A stretch of DNA of 39,831 nucleotides, from contig JAFSVX010000020.1 in the NCBI GenBank assembly GCA_017444785.1, forward strand, positions 1 through 39,831, in the 5' to 3' direction. Both the position numbers and the translations under genes were made by a program. Source of the stretch: Clostridia bacterium. GTDB taxonomy: Bacteria; Bacillota; Clostridia; Christensenellales; UBA1242. Below are positions 30,073 through 37,546 of this stretch, in pieces. Within the stretch, counting starts at the first letter, position 1; every line of letters starts with the position of its first letter. The notes under the pieces are model-generated. The model was not told the DNA's origin, made no database searches, and saw only the letters and a list, made by a program, of their open reading frames with translations.

Positions 30073-30101
30073 TTGACAAAAACAATCAGTTTTGCTATTA
30101 T
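30073..30101 (+). promoter_or_regulatory. sigmaA promoter of the tRNA-Ala/Ile operon
   Basis: TTGACA-N17-TATTAT with TG extension and AT-rich upstream region. Confidence 0.8.
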
Positions 30102-30134
30102 AAGTAAGCATTTTGATTGAAGTGCATCTTTTGT

Positions 30135-30211
30135 GGGGGTATAGCTCAGCTGGCTAGAGCACCTGCCTTGCAAGCAGGGGGTCAGCGGTTCGAATCCGCT
30201 TACCTCCACCA
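30135..30211 (+). tRNA. tRNA-Ala(TGC)
   Basis: GGGGGTA/TACCTCC-ACCA acceptor, loop TTGCAAG, GGTTCGAATCC. Confidence 0.97.
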
Positions 30212-30321
30212 CACGGTGATAAAGGTTTATACCTCACCCTCGCATTCATGCTCTGTTGCGAGTAAAAATAACAGACATAATTTATAAAATCATTTTTTAT
30301 GAACACCATTAAAAATGATAT

Positions 30322-30398
30322 AGGATTGTAGCTCAGCTGGTTAGAGCACCACCCTGATAAGGTGGGGGTCGGTGGTTCGAGTCCACTCAATCCTACCA
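30322..30398 (+). tRNA. tRNA-Ile(GAT)
   Basis: AGGATTG/CAATCCT-ACCA acceptor, CCACC-CTGATAA-GGTGG arm, GGTTCGAGTCC. Confidence 0.97.
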
Positions 30399-31017
30399 GC
30401 AAAAAGCCAAGCACTTGCTTGGCCTTTTTTGTTGGTGATTTAGTGACTTGACATTCTCCGGTCCCCCACCTTATCAAGACTGGGGTCCCCATAAAATTAC
30501 GCAAGTGGTTTTATGGGGAGAGGAACGGCCATGCGTTTACACAAGCGAAGTTCTTGCTTTTGCAAAAACAAGCAAAAGTCAAGCATGAGCCGTGACGACG
30601 TGGGGGCCGTGGTTCGAGTCCACTCAATCCTACCAACAAATAAAGCACCCTTGTGGTGCTTTTATTTTTGGGTTGAATTGGACTTGACAAACACCCACTT
30701 GCGAGATGTATGTACGCTATAATTATGCGGAAAATTTATGGCAGCAGATTTGTTTAGATTTTTGAGATAAAAGGCAGGAATAAGGTTCGCCATAAGGTGA
30801 TCCTATGGCGGTTCTTATTCGTGAGCTTTTAGCCAAAAAGATGAATAAAGATGCGTTGAATCGTTGGCGCCGATTCGGTAGAGAGGCGCAATACTTTCCT
30901 TTCGAGTCCACTTGAGTCCTACCAACAAAAAGCCAAGCTTTTGCTTGGCTTTTTTTGTTGGTGTTATGTGGGCTTATTGTCGCCTATCCCCACCTTATCA
31001 AAACTGGGGTCCCCATA
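30399..31017 (+). repeat. tRNA-Ile-linked repeat array
   Basis: tRNA 3' end regenerated at 30600-30635 and 30901-30924, each followed by a terminator and an inverted tRNA-like arm; core at 30481-30599 is homologous to the Asn-linked cores; truncated core at 31005-31017. Confidence 0.9.
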
Positions 31018-31044
31018 ATAATATATCTAATTTTTTTCCTTGCA

Positions 31045-31083
31045 AAAAGTAAAAGAACGCTACATAAACGTTCTTTTACTTTT
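31045..31083 (-). terminator. Terminator of the flavodoxin-gpx-mmcQ unit
   Basis: AAAAGTAAAAGAACG..CGTTCTTTTACTTTT inverted repeat. Confidence 0.75.
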
Positions 31084-31111
31084 AAATTTATTTTATGCTT
31101 TCAAGACAAAT

Positions 31112-31495
31112 TTAATTGCTCTTTTTCTTTCTCCCTGTCGCCACAAAGCTTTGATCAAGAAGGTCATAAATTTGTTTCAGCTCAACTGAGCCATCAAGAA
31201 GAATTGAAATCCAATTGCCACGTGCGATGTGATAGCCATCAATGATTCCATTTTGCTTTATAAGAAATTCTTTAAACATAAAGTCAGCAGCTTTTACGTT
31301 AAGAATATCAGCTACTCCATCTTTGTCTATTCCAAGCTTTTTATATGGCACATCCATGATAATGCCATACCACTTTTTATTATCTTTGTGCCTGAACACA
31401 CAATAATTTGGAAAACGAAACCAAGGATACTCAATTTCGCTTTGATATACCTCTTTCACATATTCAAAAATTTTTTCACGAAGTGATTTTATCAT
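31112..31495 (-). CDS. MmcQ/YjbR family DNA-binding protein
   Basis: EYPW..FP.Y.VFRH..NKKWY and GYH....WISI.LDGSV patterns. Confidence 0.9.
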   Translation of the reverse strand: MIKSLREKIFEYVKEVYQSEIEYPWFRFPNYCVFRHKDNKKWYGIIMDVPYKKLGIDKDGVADILNVKAADFMFKEFLIKQNGIIDGYHIARGNWISILLDGSVELKQIYDLLDQSFVATGRKKKSN

Positions 31496-31539
31496 AAGTC
31501 AAGCACTTAAATTAAAGATTTTAATTAAAGATGATTTTA

Positions 31540-32019
31540 TTATTTTTTTAACTCTTCTTTTACTCTGTCAAGAAAGCTTTCAGGCTTATCCATTGGCCCA
31601 AAGCGATCAACAACCTCACCTTTTCTGTTGATTAAAAACTTTGTGAAATTCCATTTGATTGATTGCGCCTTTCCCTTCTCATTTTGAGTTATAAGCCAAT
31701 TATAAAGTGGATCTGCATTTTTCCCCTTAACATCAATCTTCTTAAACCTTGTAAACTTAGTATTAAACTTTAATGTGCAGAAAGTGTTGATTTCATCATC
31801 TGTTCCTGGCGCCTGATGCATGAACTGATTGCAAGGAAAATCAAGGATTTCAAACCCCTGATCCTTAAGCTCTTCATACATACTCTCAAGTGCATCATAT
31901 TGTGGAGTGAATCCACATTTTGTCGCAGTATTCACAACAAGCAAAACCTTGCCTTCATACTTTGAAAGGCTTACTTCCTCTCCATTTTGTGCCATAACTT
32001 TGAAATCATAAATAGTCAT
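31540..32019 (-). CDS. Glutathione peroxidase (Cys type)
   Basis: NTATKCGFTPQY, FPCNQF, KWNFTKFL motifs. Confidence 0.95.
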   Translation of the reverse strand: MTIYDFKVMAQNGEEVSLSKYEGKVLLVVNTATKCGFTPQYDALESMYEELKDQGFEILDFPCNQFMHQAPGTDDEINTFCTLKFNTKFTRFKKIDVKGKNADPLYNWLITQNEKGKAQSIKWNFTKFLINRKGEVVDRFGPMDKPESFLDRVKEELKK

Positions 32020-32046
32020 AATTTTCTCCTTTTTTATTTTTTTATT

Positions 32047-32556
32047 TTAAATTTTTGCCAACTTTTCCAAAATGCTGTCTGCAGAATTTACTCTGCTTCC
32101 ATAAATTGCTGTGCCTTCCTGAATTTCAGAATTTGGAAGAAGCTTTCGCAAATCCACTTCGGAAGATCCAAAACCACTTCCTTCGTGCGATACTATTGGG
32201 ACAATAGTTTTTCCTGAAAAGTCAAAACTCTCCAAAAAAGTAAACACGTGGACAGGAAATGTTCCCCAGTAGATTGGGTAAATCAAGAATATCTTGTCAT
32301 ATTCGTCAACACTTTTAAGGTTTTCTTTAAGTGCAGGTCTTGCGTTTTTACGTAAATCCTCTTTTGCTTCATCAATGCAAATCAAATAGCTGTCTGAATA
32401 AGGTTTAAGTGGTTCAATCTTAAACACATCTGCTTCTGGCAATAATGCTTTAAGTTTTTCAGCCAAAACCTCATTGTTACCTTTTTCAAGATATTTGATT
32501 GATCCGCCAGAATAATTTTCCCCTGCCCTTGAAAAATATACAATAAGTATTTTCAT
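32047..32556 (-). CDS. Flavodoxin
   Basis: VYFSRAGENY, YPIYWGT, HEGSGFG motifs; GGAGG RBS before ATG 32556. Confidence 0.92.
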   Translation of the reverse strand: MKILIVYFSRAGENYSGGSIKYLEKGNNEVLAEKLKALLPEADVFKIEPLKPYSDSYLICIDEAKEDLRKNARPALKENLKSVDEYDKIFLIYPIYWGTFPVHVFTFLESFDFSGKTIVPIVSHEGSGFGSSEVDLRKLLPNSEIQEGTAIYGSRVNSADSILEKLAKI

Positions 32557-32627
32557 TACTCCTCCTTTAACTACTTTAAATATATCATAAATGTTAATAA
32601 AATCATAATAAATTTTCAATATTTTCA

Positions 32628-32654
32628 AAAAAAGCAGGGTAGACACCCTGCTTT
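32628..32654 (-). terminator. asnA terminator
   Basis: AAAAGCAGGGT..ACCCTGCTTTT hairpin with T tract. Confidence 0.8.
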
Positions 32655-32684
32655 TGAAAACTTTTAACTATAAATTATTTAAAT

Positions 32685-33680
32685 TTATAATAAGTCTATT
32701 TTAAATTTTTCACATTGCTTTATGGTTTCTTTATCCCAATAGCTTGCCTGAACTTCGCCAATGTGAGCTCGCCCAAGAAGAAACATACAAAGCCTGCTTT
32801 GTCCAATTCCACCACCAATTGTAAGTGGCAACTGATCACTTAATATTGACTTATGATAGGAAAATTCAAGTCTTTCTTGTTTGCCAGATTTTTCAATTTG
32901 TTTTAACAAAGATGTTTTATCCACCCTTATTCCCATGCTTGAAATTTCAAGTGCCATATCAAGTACCTCATGATAGAAAAGTAAATCCCCGTCAAGACTC
33001 CAATCATCATAGTCAGGCGCTCTTAAGTCATGAGGTTTTCCATCGCTTAAATCATCTCCAATTCCAATAATAAACACAGTTTTATATTGTTTTGTAATAA
33101 GGTACTCACGCTCTTTATCTGTTTTGTCTGGATACATATCAAGAAGATCTTGACTTGTAATAAAGTAAACATCAGGGCAAATTTCAACGCTTTCAAAACC
33201 TTCTTTCTTTAAATACTCGCTTGTTTCAAAAATTGCCTTAACTATCTTTTTTACTGTTTTTTTAAGATAGTCTATTGTTCTGTCCTTTCTTGTTATCACT
33301 TTTTCCCAATCCCATTGATCGACATAAATTGAATGCGTTTCATCCATTTTATCATCTCTTCTTATTGCAGTCATATCCGTATAAAGTCCTTTATGTACAT
33401 CAAAGCCATACTTTTTCAGTGCAAATCTTTTCCATTTTGCAAGTGATTGCACAACTTCCAGTTCTTTGCCATCTTTTTTGATGTCAAACGACACTTTTCT
33501 TTCAACTCCGCTCAAATCATCTTGAAGTCCACTCTCTTTAGTAACAACAAGTGGCGCCGAAACCCTTGTAAGCTCCATTTGTTTTGCAAGTTTTCTTTCA
33601 AACTTATCTTTAATTATTTTAATATATTTTTGTTTTTCTAATATGCTAAGTTTAACATATTTTTCTTTTATAAATTTCAT
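32685..33680 (-). CDS. asnA: Aspartate-ammonia ligase
   Basis: VQSLAKWKR, YVDQWDWE, RAPDYDDW, GGGIGQSR motifs. Confidence 0.97.
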   Translation of the reverse strand: MKFIKEKYVKLSILEKQKYIKIIKDKFERKLAKQMELTRVSAPLVVTKESGLQDDLSGVERKVSFDIKKDGKELEVVQSLAKWKRFALKKYGFDVHKGLYTDMTAIRRDDKMDETHSIYVDQWDWEKVITRKDRTIDYLKKTVKKIVKAIFETSEYLKKEGFESVEICPDVYFITSQDLLDMYPDKTDKEREYLITKQYKTVFIIGIGDDLSDGKPHDLRAPDYDDWSLDGDLLFYHEVLDMALEISSMGIRVDKTSLLKQIEKSGKQERLEFSYHKSILSDQLPLTIGGGIGQSRLCMFLLGRAHIGEVQASYWDKETIKQCEKFKIDLL

Positions 33681-33752
33681 AATTTTTATCTCCTTAAATT
33701 TTTATTTGTTTGTAAATTTTAAAATTTGAAACTTATTTAAGGAGCATAAAAT

Positions 33753-33827
33753 TTACATAAAATTTCTCCTTAAACAACTATTATTGTTATTATCATTGTC
33801 GCCCGCTACGGCATTTGCTTTACTCAT
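33753..33827 (-). CDS. Asn-rich leader peptide 2, MSKANAVAGDNDNNNNSCLRRNFM
   Basis: AAGGAG-N7-ATG; 7 Asn in 24 aa; its 3' end pairs with a downstream anti-SD. Confidence 0.8.
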   Translation of the reverse strand: MSKANAVAGDNDNNNNSCLRRNFM

Positions 33828-33866
33828 AATCTTTCTCCTTTTTTGTTACTTTGTAAGTTCTGTGCA

Positions 33867-33899
33867 ATAAAAGTGCACCCTTCTTTTGAGGGTGCACTT
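33867..33899 (-). terminator. Attenuator terminator 2
   Basis: AAGTGCACCCT-CAAAAGA-AGGGTGCACTTTTAT. Confidence 0.75.
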
Positions 33900-33933
33900 A
33901 TTATCCTGTTATCAAGTAAGCAACAATGCAAAT

Positions 33934-33966
33934 AAAAAACACCCTCTTGGATTTCAAGAGAGTGTT
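33934..33966 (-). terminator. Attenuator terminator 1
   Basis: AACACTCTCTTG-AAATC-CAAGAGGGTGTT-TTTT. Confidence 0.85.
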
Positions 33967-33989
33967 GAATTTATTTGCTTAACTTATGC

Positions 33990-34073
33990 TTAGATCTTTT
34001 CAACAACAAAAATGAAACCCATGTTAAATGCGTTTAAATTATTATTGTTGTTGTTATTTATAAGCCTAAACAT
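33990..34073 (-). CDS. Asn-rich leader peptide 1, MFRLINNNNNNNLNAFNMGFIFVVEKI
   Basis: AAGGAG-N7-ATG; 7 consecutive Asn codons; directly after the promoter and before terminator 1. Confidence 0.85.
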   Translation of the reverse strand: MFRLINNNNNNNLNAFNMGFIFVVEKI

Positions 34074-34103
34074 ACATTTTCTCCTTTTCAAACTTACAAA
34101 GGT

Positions 34104-34132
34104 ATTATATCACAACATTTTTGCAATGTCAA
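34104..34132 (-). promoter_or_regulatory. sigmaA promoter of the asnA leader
   Basis: Perfect TTGACA-N17-TATAAT with TG extension. Confidence 0.88.
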
Positions 34133-34433
34133 CATTTTTACACAAAGAAGATACTTTCTATTTATTCTAAATTTGGTTAACCCTATCCCTCACTAAGGCG
34201 ACTGTTATAAACTATATATTTTAGATGTTTTTAAAGGTCTTTTATGCATCTATGAATGATATTGTTTTGTTTTTTAGTTTTTTTTTACAATCAAAGTGAT
34301 AACATAGTTAATATTGCTTTATTTACAAAAAATTTTAAATTTTGCAAAATATCAGTAAACGGACTGAAAGTGAACGTTATTTACAAAAGTAATTTAATTG
34401 GTTTTAATGTTTAAAACATAGATTTAATAAACA

Positions 34434-35546
34434 CTAGTCACTTACATCAACATCAAGAGTTATGGTTAAATTATAATCGCTGTATTTCCCTTTGACTTCG
34501 TCATAAATTTGTTTATACAAATTTTCTCGGCCTTTTACACTGAAATCTATAATAATATCAAAGCTCATAGTTTTTTCTTTGATATCAACATAAAAGCCAT
34601 GCATTTGCAATATGCCCTCATGTGAAAAAACTATTTTTTGAACATCTTTTCTGATTTCTAAAGTATCTTTATCTTTTGTGTTTATAGAGTAAACTCCAAT
34701 TGTATGAAGAATGACTCCAAATTTTTCAGCAATATTTTTTGTTATACTTCTTGAAATTTGGTCGATTTCAGAAACCGACAATGTGTCTTCCAATTCAATA
34801 TGCACCGAGCCCAAATATTTGTCAGGTCCATAATTGTTTAAAATTAAATCAAAAGCACCTTTTACGTGTTCTTCTTTAAGTATTTCTTTCTTAATATCGC
34901 GAGATAAATTACTTTCTATTCTTGTACCAATCATATTATCAATAGCTTCTTTAAGCAGTTCAATACCAGATTTTATTATTATAACTGAAAGAAGTGCACC
35001 TACATAGGCTTCTATGCTTATATTAAATAAAATATAAACAACGGCGGATACAAGAACCGAAATTGATAAAAGTGCATCATTAAAAGCGTCTTGTCCACTT
35101 GCAATTAAGGCGTCTGACTTAACAGCCTTTCCCTTTTTCTTAACAAAAATACTCAGGACAAATTTGACTAAAATACCAACTGCCAAAATTACAAGAGTTA
35201 TAGTGCTGTAATCAGCAACCTCAGGATGAATTATTTTTTTAATTGATTCAATAAATGCTGTCAACCCTGCATACAAAACAAGGACAGAGATAAGCAGTGA
35301 TGTCAAATACTCAATTCTCCCATATCCATATGGGTGCTTTTTATTAGGGGCTTTTCCTGCAAGTTTTGTCCCAACAATCGTAATGGTGCTTGATAATGCA
35401 TCAGTTATATTATTGACAGCATCAGAAATTATAGCTATTGAATGTGAAAAAACACCTACAATAGCTTTGAATATTGACAGCACTACATTTGATGCAATAC
35501 TTATTATACTTGTTTTTACTACGGTTTTTTCTCGTTTGTTTTTCAT
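34434..35546 (-). CDS. Cation diffusion facilitator transporter
   Basis: SDAVNNITD and HPYGYGRIEY motifs, about 6 TM helices, duplicated C-terminal domain. Confidence 0.93.
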   Translation of the reverse strand: MKNKREKTVVKTSIISIASNVVLSIFKAIVGVFSHSIAIISDAVNNITDALSSTITIVGTKLAGKAPNKKHPYGYGRIEYLTSLLISVLVLYAGLTAFIESIKKIIHPEVADYSTITLVILAVGILVKFVLSIFVKKKGKAVKSDALIASGQDAFNDALLSISVLVSAVVYILFNISIEAYVGALLSVIIIKSGIELLKEAIDNMIGTRIESNLSRDIKKEILKEEHVKGAFDLILNNYGPDKYLGSVHIELEDTLSVSEIDQISRSITKNIAEKFGVILHTIGVYSINTKDKDTLEIRKDVQKIVFSHEGILQMHGFYVDIKEKTMSFDIIIDFSVKGRENLYKQIYDEVKGKYSDYNLTITLDVDVSD

Positions 35547-35634
35547 AAAGACCTCATAATTTATTTATTTTCTGATTAACCACATTATAACATAAATTAA
35601 ATATTTTGAGAATAAAAAAACATTCTTTTAATAT

Positions 35635-35706
35635 TTAATCTTTTCTTCCAACTAAAGCATCTATTTCTTCGCCGAAAAAATCAGCAATTTTACAAAGATT
35701 ATCACT
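35635..35706 (-). pseudogene. C-terminal remnant of an XRE HTH gene
   Basis: Frame reads SDNLCKIADFFGEEIDALVGRKD* with no plausible start. Confidence 0.55.
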
Positions 35707-35944
35707 AAATTTCCAAATTGTCACTGTCAAAAAGCGGCGAATCTAAAAATTCATATATTTGCATATTAAAAGCATCAGCAAATAAAAATATGGTTGAAAA
35801 TTTTATATCACTTGTTCTTCCATGCAATATATCACTTACCGTTTTTTCAGTTAAACAAGTGATTTTCGTCAGCCTATATTGTGTCATACCTTTTTCTTTT
35901 AAAAGTTGTTTCGTTCTTTCGCCAACCGCTTGTGCAAGTTTCAT
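35705..35944 (-). CDS. XRE-family HTH regulator, probably leaderless
   Basis: GMTQYRL..TVSDILHG..FADAFNM.IYEF; TATACT-N6-ATG at 35944. Confidence 0.88.
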   Translation of the reverse strand: MKLAQAVGERTKQLLKEKGMTQYRLTKITCLTEKTVSDILHGRTSDIKFSTIFLFADAFNMQIYEFLDSPLFDSDNLEI

Positions 35945-36191
35945 AAGTTTAGTATATCTCAAAAAATTTTTAAAATACCCATACTTAAATATGGATATAT
36001 AGTTGACTTATGATATTTTAGTATGGTATATTTGTAATGAAATATATTTCATGAAACAACATAATTCTGAAATTCAATAAAAAATATACATATTATCAAA
36101 GAATAAAAAATGTAAAAATTTTTATACAAATTTCTTATTTAATTAGATATAACAGCATAATTTGTAATTTAAAATTCAGAGGAATAAATAT

Positions 36192-36890
36192 ATGGCAAGA
36201 TTTAATTATAACGATCCGGTAAAATTACCTGATGACCCAAAAAAAAGAAGCGCAGTAGAACATTATTTAAATGGCGAAAATTTATCTTTTGCTGATAAAC
36301 TAGCTTTGGGAGACCGAGAAACATCAATAAAATATAATGGATATCAGTGCAAGCCAGATTGTGCATATAGAGGTGTTGATAAAAAGGCTTATGATGCGTA
36401 TTTAAATGCAGGGTGCGTATTTGATAATGGTCCCGATTTCGAGCCTGGTAGTAATGCTGGAATTGACTGGTTTTTAGGTGCCGTTGGAGAAAGATATGCC
36501 AATAAAGGAGGTTATGTAATTGAGTGTCCTGCTGACAAAAGATACTTTGATGACTCTGGATACTTAACCTCAAAAGATCCACGTGCCAGACACCTTAAAA
36601 GTGGAAATAAAAACCCTGTTAAACTTGAAAATTGTAGAATTATGACTGTTGAAAATATGAAAAATGGAAATTATGAAAATATTATAGAAAATCAATATCC
36701 ATATCAGGATATTCCAGAAGATAAACCGCCAATTATTGATAAACCATCGAAAGAACAAATTGATAAAGCGAAAGATGAGCTGGGAATAAAAGAACCAGAA
36801 ATACTTATTGAAAAAAGAAACACTTCTTTTGAAAATGAAAAAAATATGGATTTTGAAGATGGTCCCGTTTTTGGAAAAAATAAATTTTAA
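36192..36890 (+). CDS. Hypothetical protein (possible ART-like motif)
   Basis: GAGG RBS; AYRGV..IDWF..YVIE; divergent from the XRE gene. Confidence 0.7.
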   Translation: MARFNYNDPVKLPDDPKKRSAVEHYLNGENLSFADKLALGDRETSIKYNGYQCKPDCAYRGVDKKAYDAYLNAGCVFDNGPDFEPGSNAGIDWFLGAVGERYANKGGYVIECPADKRYFDDSGYLTSKDPRARHLKSGNKNPVKLENCRIMTVENMKNGNYENIIENQYPYQDIPEDKPPIIDKPSKEQIDKAKDELGIKEPEILIEKRNTSFENEKNMDFEDGPVFGKNKF

Positions 36891-36905
36891 GACAGCTGAA
36901 AAATT

Positions 36906-37475
36906 ATGAAAAAAACAGAATCTAAAAACAATAAAGTCACTATTTCACAAAAAGTAGCAGAAGCATATGAAAAGATGTCAGAAAGTGATAGAAATAAACT
37001 TTTAAAAAAATATAACATAGAAACTGTTCTATTAAGTATATACTATATTATTGCGCTTCCGGTTGTAGTTACAATATTACTTCAAATGGAGTTAGAAAAT
37101 ACAGGGTTAGAAAATATTTATACTATAATAACCTTTTTCATTGCTTTTATATTGACATTATTATTCATAAAATACAGACACTTATTCACGAAAGCTTCAA
37201 AAAAATCAAAAGTAAAAAATATCATTAAACAGTATAAACTATTTTCTGAAGATCCATTAAAATCGTACAAATATAGATATTACACAGAAGATAAAGGAAC
37301 ACGCGCTCTAATTTACGTTGGTATTGGATCTATGTTGCTATTTGCTGTTGTCGGTATTTATGTGGTTTTTACAAACATAGAAATTGGTGCAAAAATTATA
37401 TTTTCAATTTTTTCAGTTATATTAATTTTAAGTTCTATTGTTTTGTGGATTAAATGTTTAAAAAAGCCAAAATAA
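36906..37475 (+). CDS. Four-TM hypothetical membrane protein
   Basis: Four hydrophobic segments; 15 nt after the preceding ORF. Confidence 0.7.
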   Translation: MKKTESKNNKVTISQKVAEAYEKMSESDRNKLLKKYNIETVLLSIYYIIALPVVVTILLQMELENTGLENIYTIITFFIAFILTLLFIKYRHLFTKASKKSKVKNIIKQYKLFSEDPLKSYKYRYYTEDKGTRALIYVGIGSMLLFAVVGIYVVFTNIEIGAKIIFSIFSVILILSSIVLWIKCLKKPK

Positions 37476-37503
37476 ATTTAAATGATGTAAAAATAAATAT
37501 GAT

Positions 37504-37532
37504 AAAAAGGTCTTATATCGATAAGACCTTTT
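37504..37532. terminator. Bidirectional terminator
   Basis: AAAAGGTCTTAT-ATCG-ATAAGACCTTTT. Confidence 0.8.
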
Positions 37533-37546
37533 ATTATATATTTTTT

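Noticed and set aside
31540-32019. Selenocysteine glutathione peroxidase
   Set aside because: The active-site codon is TGT (Cys) and there is no in-frame TGA
33700-34100. T-box riboswitch upstream of asnA
   Set aside because: No GGTGG.ACC T-box motif precedes either terminator; leader peptides explain the region
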